Origin: Adineta vaga
Lineage: Eukaryota; Animalia; Rotifera
Assembly (NCBI GenBank): GCA_021613535.1
Contig: CP075492.1
Location: 8,184,001 to 8,248,000 of the forward strand
DNA length: 64,000 nt
Direction of reading: 5' to 3'
Shown: one piece after another, positions 13,184-30,481 of the stretch
Layout: each line of letters starts with the position of its first letter
Position numbering within the stretch: position 1 is the first letter of the stretch
The notes under the pieces: model-generated
What the model saw: only the letters and a program-made list of their open reading frames with translations
Told to the model about the DNA's origin: nothing
Database searches by the model: none
Translations under genes and position numbers: made by a program

Positions 13184-14171
13184 TGAAAATTTTCGGGTTT
13201 TTCAAACCAAATATGTATATTTTAATAACATTTATCAATATTGTATTTGAAATTGTATAGTAAATGTTGTTTTAAGTGTAGAAAGAATTCCTTTGTCAAC
13301 TATTTTATCCATATACGAACATCTTTTAATTGATCCAATTTGCTTCTGCTAACCATAACAATTCTGATGCAAAACATCTTCTAAAACTCAATAATTTGAT
13401 TTAGAACTAAATTTATCAGTAGCTTTTTAGTTACATGCCAATATATATATTCTGATTCATAAGATCTATCAGTCGACATCAGTTGCTATTTTTGGCAAAT
13501 TGTTCGACAGTTTTATGTGTTCTACATCTTCCTCGTTCAGACACGAGATATGAAATCTATAATAATAGAAAATATCTAATTCACCTTTTGAATTATCAAA
13601 ATAATTAAATTTCTGACACTTGTGACGCGCATGAAATGTAGCAGGTGTACACGACAATTGTCAATGCTGATCTTGACACTTTGGTGTTGAGGAATGCATA
13701 TCCACATGTTGAGCTTTTGCACATATTATTCTCTTTAAGATATTGTTTAAAAGTCAGAAAGAAGAATTCTTTCTATTTTTGCTATCATGCTGACACAACG
13801 GTTATATCCAGATTAGGGAAAAAGCAAGTCATGTTTTCTTGAAAGTTTGACGAATACTGTGAAGAGAATAGTATGTGCGTATTTTGGCGCAAAAGAGTTA
13901 AGAGATACAGGCCTGATTTAAATATTGTCCTTAAAATACAGTCTTCTAAAAATCTTTTCCTTCCTGTTAGAATATCATGAAAGTAGATTAGTGCAGATTC
14001 AGAAAAGAAATCGTCAATTAAGTACAAATTTTCATGTCTTTCATTTATAAAAAAAAGAAAACTCAATCATTTTATTATGATATGGCTTTTTTTTAATAGA
14101 AAACTATATTACTTTTTTTTCCTCTATTACATTCTATCGTTTATTGCATTTTCAAAACAGTGAACAAGATC

Positions 14172-15392
14172 ATGGTGAATCCTATGGAACAATACTACAA
14201 TTTGTTGGTTAATCCATTGATTATCGTTCGATTCTATCAAATTGGTTATACTTTCACATTCTTACTTGGTTTTCTTGGTAATACAGCTAGTTTATTAACA
14301 TTTTCTCGAACAACCTTACGAAAAGTATCAACCGGATGTCTTTTCATGGTTTTAGCTATTTTCGATACCTTGTATTTACTCATGTGCGTCTTTGATTATC
14401 TAGAATTTGGTTTTAAGGTAAAAATCTATTGTATATTAAGAATTAAAAAATTGTTGTCTTTCGACTTGTTGTTTTTTTTCATAGGTACCATTCTATCCTC
14501 ATATTGCCTACAGTGAATTTTGTCGATTCCGTTATTTCGTAATGAATGTAGCACAAATGGCATCTGCATGGACTTTAGTAATCGTTTCCATTGATCGATG
14601 GATTCGAACTCAATTTCCATTTAAATCTGCTATGATCTGCACACCGAGAAATGCTTTAATTGCAGTAGGTGTTTTACTCGTTTTTGATATGAGTTTACAT
14701 GCTCATATGTTAACTTCAATGTTTGAAATTCAAATACCCGGCTTTGCCAATGCTGCATGCGGACCAAATTATTTTACTAATAAACCGTATTTTTCATTTT
14801 TCTTTACAGAATGGAGTATCATTCAAGTATGTCGAATACTTCATGAATACTTAGAGAAAACATTTTCTTTTCTATGTATTGTACTTTAGATTTTCACCAC
14901 TTGTTTAGGACCAGTATCTTTCATGCTGATTGCTCTTATTGCTACGATGATTAATATCTGTCTAAGTAAACGAACAGTCATTCAACCAGTTCATCTTCCG
15001 CAAGAAATTCGCAATACAAATCGACAAAAACATGTTCAAAAACAAATGTTTATCCTAATGTTTGCGAGTATTTGTATCTTTTTACTGACAAGTCTACCGA
15101 TTGGTATCGCAAAGATTATAGCATCACAAATTTCAGATGTCATGGCTGCGATTCTTGATACTTCGTCTGCATGGACAATATTAGGTTGGATACAAAGTCT
15201 TAATTTTGCAGTAAGTGTTATTTTAAGATTCTTATCATAAAACGCAATTTCATTGAATTTTAGATTAATTTTTACATTCATTGTTTGTCGTCGACTTTAT
15301 TTCGAAAGGAATTTAAACAACAAATGAAAATTATAATTCATCGCAATGAAATGCCTGTGACAACAATAGAAGTTCGCAAGTCTAGAATATGA
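14172..15392 (+). CDS. Rhodopsin-like GPCR, tandem paralog copy 2 (4 exons)
   Basis: Same intron positions and motifs as copy 1 (LLGFLGN, LAIFD, SIDRW, LFRKEF). Confidence 0.85.
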
Positions 15393-15912
15393 AAATAAAC
15401 GATTATCTTTTCAACAGACAGTTTTTTTTCATTTGTAAATTAATGTTGTTCGTCATTATTATTATTATAAAACTTTCTCTTACATAGTTTAATGTACTAA
15501 ACATCTTTTCTCTATTCCTTAAAACTTTGAATATCGTAGAAAGGGGAAGATAAAATTCTATTATCAAATATGAATCTAATATCTTAGATAAACAACATCT
15601 TTATGCGGCATGAACTAATTGTGACTGAATTATCATGTCTATTTTTGTTTTTTGTAATCATTTATAATCTTTTCATAGATATAATCTTCAAAATAATTAT
15701 TCGGCGTAAAAGTGCACTTAGACTACAGTTCTTGTCTTGTTAATAGTTTGTTCAAACTCAATCGAAGGAAAAGATAATCGGTTTTTTTTTCATTAAAATT
15801 AATTACCTACACATGTTTTCCTAGTATTTCTCAGTACGAAAACGTGAACAAGTTGGATATCAGCATTCATTTATCGAAAGTTCATTATATTTATTAATAT
15901 ATTCTCGACCAA

Positions 15913-16016
15913 CATTATGAAAAGTATCAATCAAATGTTTATTCATAATTTTGACTATTTTTGATATGTCATATTTACTCTTACGTATCTTTGATTATCT
16001 TGAATTTGGTTTCTCC
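15913..16016 (+). pseudogene. Decayed fragment of a third GPCR copy (TM2 region of exon 1)
   Basis: AAAGTATCAA...TATTTACTC...TCTTTGATTATCTTGAATTTGGTTTCTC aligns to about 12060-12163 and 14315-14415. CGA is replaced by TGA, there is no donor site, and no other exons are visible. Confidence 0.7.
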
Positions 16017-17458
16017 ATATAGCAATAATGATTCACTATCGATTAAGTTACATGAAAGCTGGAAATAAATTTTTTCCCAACTATCCAATGTTTTGCTCTT
16101 CTTCGCCATTTGTATATATAACAAAAACAATCAATAGTCTAATTAAGTTCAACCTGTTGTCTATATCATCGTTAGAAAAACAAAGCAATAGAACTTCTCA
16201 TGAGACTACATTGATGCTATATCGTTTATCAGATTAGACAGCTAGAGTGAACGAGTCATATTTGTTCTAACGCATGATCACCATCACAAATGTCTTACAT
16301 ATGTTGAATTCTTCTCTTTTGTTTTCTCTTCCTTAACCCATTGTGCTTCGATGAGATCGAAAAAAATGTTGACTTTATTTGACAGCTTCATAACAACGAC
16401 TTTTCTTTTTTTCAATAATTAATGCATTATTAATCTTGCTTGAAAAGACGAAGTAGAAGAACAAAAGAAAGAAAACCTTGATTTGTCATTCATCATTCAA
16501 TATTTTCCTAATTATAGATAGACTATAGTAAGTTATATGAGGTAGGAATAATTGACTTTATTAAAATTGAATCGATCGACAAGAAAAGAAAAAGAAAATA
16601 ATACTCGATGAAAAGCTATTTTATTGTTGTCATGTTCGGTCTGACTGAAACAGTGACAAGCACGATTACTTGTCTATGTTGTATAGTGTAAACGAGTAAG
16701 TGAGTACTTATATTTCCATATCCATATATATATATATACAAGAACGTCAAAATCGAATTGACTCGGATAGACACGCGTGTACGTCTTCATCTTCTGTACA
16801 AATCGAGTTGAAGACAAGAAGTATATTTGTCACTTCAATCACGCACAATGGAAAGAGAACAAGAGCGAGAGAGAGAGAGAAAAAAACTAATTGTATGAGA
16901 AGAATATACAAGAGAGAAGGTGTAATCTATTCAATAATAGAATCACACCTCGACACACATCAATCTTGTCAATAGTTGAAAAAATAAATGAGATGCGTCA
17001 TCATTCAATTTGTATGCACGACGTTTGATCTTTTTCTTCTCTTCTTATACGAAAATCCCTTTTGAACAAAAGGCAATGAATATTCTATTTATTGTTTTTG
17101 TGTATGTCGCTCTTTTTAGTCAGCTTTTAATCCATCCATATTCTCAACTTATATATATCTTTTCTTCTTCCTTTTGCTAATTCCATTAGTCTAAGTTTAT
17201 TTTTCTTTTTATTCTCTTCTTCTCTTTCTCTCCCTCGTTCTCATCCGTCGCATCGCACAAGAGAATAAGCATAATCTTCGTTCGTCTTCTTTTGTACATC
17301 TCATATGTCTGTGTTCATTGACTAGTACCGAACGTGTTCTGTTGAAAAAGGAAGAAGAAGAAGGTAGTTGCTTTTTTGTTACACAATCAATTGCAAAACA
17401 TAATCTTCTATGAAGTTTGTCTTTATATGTCAAACAGTGATGCAAAACTATCAAATTG

Positions 17459-18409
17459 ATGATGATGTTTCAATTTAAACAAATATTTCTATTTATTCTC
17501 AGTAAGTTATTTATCTATAGGGAAATCTTTCTAGATTTGATTGAATCTCTTTTATTTTATTAGTGATAAAATTATCTACTACAGAAGATCATTTTCCTCG
17601 AGTATTGACAAAAACATATAATCAAACATGGAATCTTTCATCGACAGCAATATTAACATGTCATGTTCGTAATTTAGGTGAACATCATGTAACATGGTTT
17701 AAATTTGATCCTTTAACTTCGTCGTCATATCCATTAGCCGTTGGTAAAGAATTATTTACAACTGATAAACGTTTTTCTATATCATCTTATTCAACTTCAA
17801 CAAAAGATTCACATTGGACATTAGAAATCTATCAATTAAATCCATTCGATGAAGGAACATATCTATGTAAAATTGCTAATCGACGAGCTAGTGTTAGTGT
17901 TGCTATACATTTACATATTCAGATACCAATGATTCTATTTCCTTCATATCTTTATGTTGAACCAGGAACAAATGTGAAATTAAATTGTAGTATTTTTATT
18001 GATAATCTCAATAATGAATCTTTATTATCAAATCTTAATTGGCATTTTGTATCAAATCAATTCAATAAAACAAAACCGGACGATGTACATATTCGAAAAA
18101 AATTACTGAATAATGGTTTAACATCATCTTTAATGATTCATCATGCTCAACCATATCACTCAGGAATATGGACATGTGTATATAAACGTCAACGACGTAC
18201 GACGAAGCTCGTTGTTGAAAAAGGTAAGAGTCTCATTTGTTTCTTTGAATGCTTTTTTTAACCTTTATTTCTATTTAGATGCTTCAAAACGACAACGTAT
18301 AAGTGCTTTATTATCGAATAATTCCAATCGACGATTTGCTTCTATACATGCTCTTTTTCTTTTTCATATTTTCTTCCTTGATTATTGTAATAAACTGTTT
18401 TTTGTATAA
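17459..18409 (+). CDS. Two-Ig-domain cell-surface protein, dpr/ZIG-8-like
   Basis: Signal-peptide exon; TAILTCHVRNLGEHHVTW...LAVGKELFTTDKRF...WTLEI...DEGTYLC; second Ig domain (VKLNC...HSGIWTC); hydrophobic GPI-signal-like tail. Confidence 0.8.
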
Positions 18410-19806
18410 TGAACAGTACATGTCAACTGAATGCATTTTATATCCAACTGTGCTAATCGATTCTCACTCTAGGTGATTTCGTCATCTTTTCTTCTCCTTG
18501 TATTTGGATGTATGTATGTATGTGTCTCATCAGTAGGTAAATGATCAATCAAGACCAGAACATTTGATTTCAAGATGATGAAACCCTCCAGAGAACAAAA
18601 GATATTGACAGATGAGTAGATGACATATGAATGTCCATCTGAGCAAAGATAAAAGAGAAATAGAAAGACACACACTATTCAATTTATTTGCATTTTTTTT
18701 CTCTCTCAGAAACATTAAGCCTATCCTTGGTGATTCGGTCAAGCACGAACAAATGATGGATTAATTAGAAAAAGAAAATCAGACACGTGTGTCACTTGAA
18801 AATACAGAATCGGTCTTATCGACTTGTCAAAGATTGTTGATTCATATAACTAAATGAATGAGAGAACTGTCGTTTCTTTCTTTTTTTTTCTTCAACTAAT
18901 ACTTTTGATAATAAGCAAAATTTGCATTTTATTTCCATGGGAGACTGACTCAACTTGTAGATGAGAGAAAAGATAATTATTGCAATGATGACTAGAAATA
19001 CTTGAGCATGTCTCGTTCATTATGTCATCTTACAAACAAATGAGATCGAGGAAGAAAAATGATCAAGTTGAAATTGGATACTCATGTTTGCTTGTATACA
19101 TTTGTTCGACAAATTGTCTAACACATTACTATTTTATCAGACAGAATAACATCTACACATGTATGTATTTTTTTAATTTGCATTGATTTCAACGGCTGTT
19201 CATAACAGATGATTGGTAAAGTTTTGATTTTTGAAAGTTATGTTACAAATCTGACAATGCGATGGTTAGATAAACATCATCTCGAAGAAAATGATCAATT
19301 TCACTTGGATTTGATCGAAATCTCTAGTGACATTGATAATGTTTTGTAACGTAATCTAACGAGCTTTTCAGAACATCTCAATAGTAATACAATCGATTAA
19401 TCGTATAAAGCTTCATTTGATTTGAGATGGGATACTTAATAGAGATATTTTTGAAATCTAGATGAAAACACATTCATTCTAGAGATTTTATATGGTTAAA
19501 TTCCTTTGATAATGCATTCATAGTTGAGAATAAATGTCTTCTACTCTCTTGAAAATCAATATTTTTTCTCGTATACAAAATATTGTTTTAATCTTTTATA
19601 AAAAAAAATTAACTTTTCTCTGATGTAGTTTAATACATTAAAAAAAACAAACAAACAAACAAACATGTTATCAACGATTAATCCATCCAATGAAATTTAA
19701 GAGTTTGTTTCTTTTTTTTCTTTGTCACTCTTCAGAATTCTTCGAATTTGAAGTTGTTTTATATACATAATCACGAACGAGAATAACACTAATGGAACAA
19801 GAAAAG

Positions 19807-24418
<4,612 letters not shown>

Positions 24419-24727
24419 GTTGTTGCAAACTTGATTCGCAATGAAATAAGGAATATTTCAATTGATTGTGTTTATATATATGAACGAATGGAAAATTAAC
24501 CATTCAGATACGTTTATTCAACGAACAATTTTTCTAATATTCGACAGATATTTTTAGAATAAAATTTTAATGTTTAATTTTTCTTCTTTTTTCTTTGATA
24601 TAAAAGATGGCAGTGTAATCAGATGATGAAAGATGATTGGTTCGTATTGTACCAATAAGAAAAGTGGAGTTTACAGAATGCACATGTTTTCCGTTTTTGG
24701 AATCATTGTATAGTAAGATTAGGAAAA
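24419..24727. promoter_or_regulatory. Putative bidirectional promoter between RPB2 and NDH2
   Basis: Head-to-head ATGs 310 nt apart, with a YY1-like AAGATGGC at 24604-24611. Confidence 0.55.
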
Positions 24728-27070
24728 ATGTTTTCTCGTTCGAATCTACTTCTTCAGGAATTATTAAGAAAGAATTCATCTCGAAATTTATCATTTAAAC
24801 AAATTAGAGACATAAAACCCATTCTTACTCGAAATCTTGCTTGGTTTAGTCGACAACCGATCAAACAAAATTTTGGTATGTATAAAGAGTTGTACAATAT
24901 ACCTGTTCCTTTCAATTAAGATTATTTTTTTAAATATAAATAGGTGCTAAATTAAAACGACGGCTAAGAAATTTTCTTATTGTAACGGTTGTCGGTGCTG
25001 GTAGTTATTATGGTTATCGTAGTTACAAAAACCATAGATGGTCAAAGGAAATGTTGGAATCTGATCAAACAATTGGTACAAAACCTCGAATTGTTGTCCT
25101 TGGAACAGGTAAATCAATAATCAATTGTTTATTCGATATAGCGAGAATGTATTGTAGGATGGGGTGCTGTACCACTCTTAAAACATTTGGATAATCAAAA
25201 ATATGAAGTCGTTTGTGTATCACCACGAAATTATTTTTTAATGACACCTCTATTACCATCCGTTAGTGTTGGAACCGTCGAAACTCGAACAGTCATTGAA
25301 TCTATTCGTTCACTTGTTGGACCTCGAGTGAAATATGTCGAAGCACATTGTGTTGATATCGATCCGAAAACTAAAACAATTACATGTAATAGTGATGGTT
25401 CAAATCTTGTAGCTCGTGGTGATGATGTTAAAACAGTAATTAAACCATCGAAACGTGAAGGAGGTGCATCTTCACGAATTATTAAAGATTCAGGTAACAA
25501 TGAGACATTCTTTATTTCTTTCTAAATAGAATTCATTTGAATTTAGCACGAACTCGACCACAATTTGAAATGAAATATGATATACTGGTTGTTGCTATTG
25601 GTTCCGAAAATAATACATTTAATATTCCTGGCGTAGAAGAACATGCACATTTTTTGAAAGAACTTCTCGATGCTCGACGTATTCGTTCGGCTATTAGTGA
25701 TGCATTTGAATCAGCAATGACACCATCACAAACAGAAGAAGAAAGAAAACGTCTTCTTCATTTTGTTGTTGTTGGCGGTGGACCAACCGGAGTTGAATTT
25801 GCTGCAGAGGTAAGATCGGAACAAGACGTATCTTTCTTTACATAACTAACGATACTCGAGAAAAGATAGTTGAAATGTAGAATTTCTTCTCTCTCATATT
25901 TTGTTTATGAAAAGAAATCATTATTTAGCTTGCTGATTTGGTTCGTGAAGATCTACATCATTATTTTCCACGACTAGTTGCTCAAGATGTGAAAATTACT
26001 TTGATCGAAGCACTAGATCATGTATTATCGATGATGGTTTGTTAATAATATATTGATCAATTTTTTTTCTTAAAAACTCGTTTTTTTCTCCCTCCATGTA
26101 GGATAAACAAATTAGTGATTATACGGAAAAACATTTTCATCGTGAAAATATCGATGTCTTAATGAATACATTTGTAAAAGCAGTTAAACAAAATGAAGTT
26201 GTTATACAATTTAAAGGTTCAAATGAATTGACATCTATTCCATGTTCTATTGTCGTATGGGCAACAGGAATCAAAGCACGACCTTTAACGAATCGAATTC
26301 GCGAAATTATCGGTTTGAAAAGTCAAACTAATCGTATGGGTATTCTTACGGATCGATATTTGCGTGCTAAAGGTGTCGAAGATGGTTCAATTTTTGCTAT
26401 TGGTGATTGTGCTACTATTGAACAAGTTAAATTAGTTGATCAAATTCAATCATTATTTGAAGAAGCAGATACACAACATCGAGGAGCACTTGACCTACAA
26501 CAATTTAAATCATTAGTTGAACGTAAAATTATAGAATTTCCACAAGTATGATTATCAATGAAAAACTCCTTATCTAACCTTTCGCTTTCTTTTTAGCTTG
26601 AGATTTTTTCAAAACAAATTGAAAAAACTTTTCAAGAAGCTGATAAAAATAAATCAGGTTTTCTTACACTTGCAACTCTTCATTCTGCACTTGAAAAAGC
26701 TGATAAGAAAAACCGTGCTCTACCAGCAACAGCACAAGTTGCATCTCAAGAAGGTCGTTATATCGCTGATTTACTCAATCAATTACCTAGTTTAACCGTA
26801 GCTGATTTTCAACAACAAAATCTCAAGCCATTTCGTTATAAACATATGGGTTCATTAGCATATGTTGGTGGTGATTCTGCTGTACTTGATTTTACTGGAA
26901 CAAAACCTCTTCTTGATTTCTTTAATTTACAACCATTATCCGGTCGAAGTGCCGCCTATCTATGGAAGTCATTTTATTTTACTGAAATGTTTAGTGGACG
27001 CACAAAAACTTTACTTGCATTTGATTGGCTTCGTACACATTTGTATGGACGAGACATAAGTCGTTACTGA
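24728..27070 (+). CDS. Type II (alternative) NADH:quinone oxidoreductase with EF-hands, mitochondrial, NDB/NDE-like
   Basis: Arg-rich presequence, VVLGTGWGA, SPRNYFLMTPLLPS, VVVGGGPTGVEFAAE, FAIGDCAT, two EF-hand-like loops (DTQHRGALDLQQF, DKNKSGFLTL), ALPATAQVASQEG, and DWLRTHLYGRDISRY. Confidence 0.93.
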
Positions 27071-27325
27071 ATACTCAATTTTTCTCATTTACTTCTTCTT
27101 AGAGAATGTAGAATCCCTCCATTGTCGCATGAATTTAGTTTCTGTTTCGTTCTCTTTTTTATACGGATATATATATATATATACCAGCTTGTTTTCCTAC
27201 TAATAATGACACTATTATTTACACAAATAAATCTCCTAGTCCTTTTTCTAATTTATCGTTTGGTTATTTCATTGAATATATTAAACAAATGAATTTCTCA
27301 ATTTTCTTATAGATTATTAATCAAC

Positions 27326-27850
27326 ATGGATCTGAGTATGGTAAACAATGATTATTATTTATCTGGTATGGCTGCATTAGTTGGTGATATCGATAGTAAG
27401 AAATCACCTTGTATAGTTTATACATATAGTACATGTTTGCTTAGAACAGTTAATGATCATGTTACGTGATGGTCGTACATTGATTGCTTACTTACGAAGT
27501 CTTGATCAATTTGGTAGATAAAATCAATGATAATGATAATGATAACTTATTAATCTTTTCCAGGTAATCTTGTACTTCATCAGGCATTTGAACGTATTTG
27601 TATTGGTCGACAATATGCTGATATTCCTCGTGGTTTATTTGTTATTCGCGGTGAAAATGTTCTACTTATTGGTGAATTAGATTTTCATCAGCCAATACGT
27701 GTTCCTTTGGTAGAAGTGACAATTGAAGAAATACTTAAATTACAAAAAGAAGATATTGAAAAGAAGGAACGAATAGAAAAAGCTCGACAGAAAGCAATGC
27801 TCGAACATGGTTTAATTGATGAAGGAAATCCAATTGAAGAACATTATTAA
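27326..27850 (+). CDS. LSM1: Sm-like protein LSm1 (3 exons; not in the ORF track)
   Basis: GMAALVGDIDKQLMIMLRDGRTLIAYLRSLDQFGNLVLHQAFERI...YADIPRGLFVIRGENVLLIGE...VTIEEIL...EEHY. Confidence 0.93.
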
Positions 27851-28024
27851 ATCGAGGAAAAAAAGAAACATTTAATAAGCGTTTTTTTAGTTTGATGATT
27901 ATAAATTTCATTATTCTCATTTTTTTTTCAACTATTTACAAAGATAGAATGATCGGTGCAGATATGTTGTTTTCTTTTTTTTCTTGTTTTTCGATGTTAT
28001 ATTGATCAAAAGAAGTTTTTAGAT

Positions 28025-29922
28025 ATGGATGGCACTGGAGATACACCATATGCATTGGATTATTCAGAATCCATGGCATTTTTTAATAATGCTTATAATC
28101 AAACAAGTGCACAATCAATAACAGCAACCGAATTTGATTGTGCTCAAGAATTACTTTGGGCCGGTAGTAATGAGGTATCGATTTTGAAAAAGAAATATTT
28201 GTATGATAGTTTTATTAGTACTGTTTCTTTCTTGATCTTAATTAGGGACGTGTAGCATCATTTTATGGTTGTGAACTTCGAAAATATACTGGCTTTCGTG
28301 TATCGACAACTTCCGATATTCGAAGTATTTTATCACTTACTGAAGGACCACTTATACTCACGTCTGATTCACTTTCATTATATACAAGACAAGGTTTAAA
28401 TATATTCAATCATAGGTAAATTCATTTTTTAGATCGATTTTAAAAAGATTATTTTTCTTTCTAGAGCTCCTTATCTTGATAATATGCAATGTATGTTAAT
28501 ACCACAATCTCATAAACAAAAGAAAATATATGTTAGTGGTTACGGTGGACAATTATGTGAAATGGATTTTGAGAAAAGAACGTTACTTCGTCAAGTAAGT
28601 CTATTCCTACAATTCTCAAACAAACAAACAAACAATTTCGTAATCATTCGTATAGGTATCACTTGATGAAGGTGATTGTATTCTATTAAAATATTGTACA
28701 CGAAATTTTATTGCAACTGGTTCAACAAATGGTGTTGTAAATTTACGTGATCCAAATTCACTTCAAGTTATTCAACGTTTTACTCCTCATCATGGAAGTT
28801 TATCTGATTTAGATATCAATAATATGTATTTAGTTACTTGTGGTTTTACACGAAAGTAAATAATTTTTTTAGGTCCGAAAGTGTGTTTGATTATTCATTT
28901 TATGTAATGTTTTTAGAATGGATCATATGAATCTTGATCGTTTTCTTGTCGTTTATGATCTACGAAATATGCAACAATTAGCACCGGTACCTGTTTTTAT
29001 TGATCCATGTTTTCTTCATTATCATACAATGACAAGTACATCCGTTATGGTTGCATCGCAAGTAATTGCTTTTCTTCTTGGAATTTCTTTTCGTTTTAAA
29101 AGTTCAATTGCTAGTATGGACATCATACACAAGTTGATTTGACAGGTGGTTTAACTCAACCCTATTCGCCAATTATTAATTTAACAACGAATCCAGCTGG
29201 AATTATAACAACATTTAGTGTTTCAACAAGTATGCACTGCAGAGCATTTGGTCATTCAACCGGTAAAATAAAATTTTGATGTTAACTTGCTCTGTAGGCA
29301 CTTCTCTTTCAGGTACAATACATCTATTATATAAAAATGATCCACAATGTTGTTTTAATTATCAATCTGTTGAAACACAATTCGCTAATCCAGTACATAT
29401 TTTCTTGAACTAAGTATCTTTCTAAACTATTTGTTTTAGCCCAGTGATCCAAAAGTAGGAGATCTTAATGATCCAATGACATCTCTCTCGAGTGTACCTA
29501 TTCCAATTACACCACTGAAACTGCTGTCAGATATGCCCAAACAATGTACTAAATCAACTGCTAGGTAGAATGAAATCAATAATGATATCAGATTTTATTT
29601 GTTCGTTCTTTTTCTTCATAGACCAACACCAAAGATTCCAAAGGAATTTCTTGATAATGTTCGTGTATTTCAAGGTCTTGCTTGTGTTAAAAATCCTTCG
29701 ACACGTCATGCTAATCAATGGCCATATCCACCCGATGCTGACATTTTAGCACCACGTGAACAAATGAAATTTTTACCTGATGAAGATGAAGTTATTAATA
29801 CGAATGAAAAAGCAAATACGGATGAAACATCCAATGATATTGAATCGACAAATCTTCATTTTGATGCTCTTTCACTTGATCAACAACTTCAAGATACAGT
29901 AGTGGCACCGGCAACAACATAA
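28025..29922 (+). CDS. PAN2: PAN2-like protein, N-terminal WD40 and linker only (no UCH or exonuclease domain)
   Basis: FDCAQELLWAGSNEGRVASFYG.ELRKYT, LRDPNSLQVIQRFTPHHGSLSDLDINNMYLVTCGF, DRFLVVYDLR, and NPSTRHANQWPY, followed by an acidic tail and stop at 29920-29922. Confidence 0.85.
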
Positions 29923-30481
29923 GAATTTCTTTATCGAAAGTTTCTTTTTTTTTTCTTTTATACATATTTTTCTGTTCATTTATTCCATATGTTGTTGTTA
30001 TTCATTCTTATTACGTATATATATATATAGAATAAAAAAATATTTTCTTTTTTTCGTTTCTCGTATTGAGTATATATCTTCATAGATCGAGCACGAATAA
30101 GTTAATTTAAGTATTGCTCAAAATTCACTTTGTTTATTCGTATTTGCATCAACCCGAGTACTTGACGATAATTCACAGATGGAGGAGATCTGTTACACGA
30201 ATTTGAGCATTGAAAACATCTGAATATTCAACTGGTAGATCCTATCAGAATTCAACAAGAATATACTCGGTTTTGTTGAATGAGATATACCGTCCTTCAA
30301 CATTTAAAGGTATTCATTGAGTATCATCGTACTTAATTGAGAACGAAGAAACTCCATCTACTTTCGAAAGAGGTCGGTAGATGTTTTTCCTTAAAATAAC
30401 CGATTATTGGTGTAACTAAAAGAAATATATCATAAGAAACGAGCGTTTCGTTTCGTTTCATTTACCTAATAACAAAAAAAA

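Noticed and set aside
13460-14066. Short minus-strand ORFs between the GPCRs as a possible transposon or gene relic
   Set aside because: No convincing RT, transposase or other motif, and no terminal repeats seen.
30086-30390. Identification as telomerase RNA, RNase P/MRP or SRP RNA
   Set aside because: No C-rich template matching TGTGGG/TGAGGG-type repeats, no CR-I/CR-V P4 motifs, and no SRP helix 8 motif.
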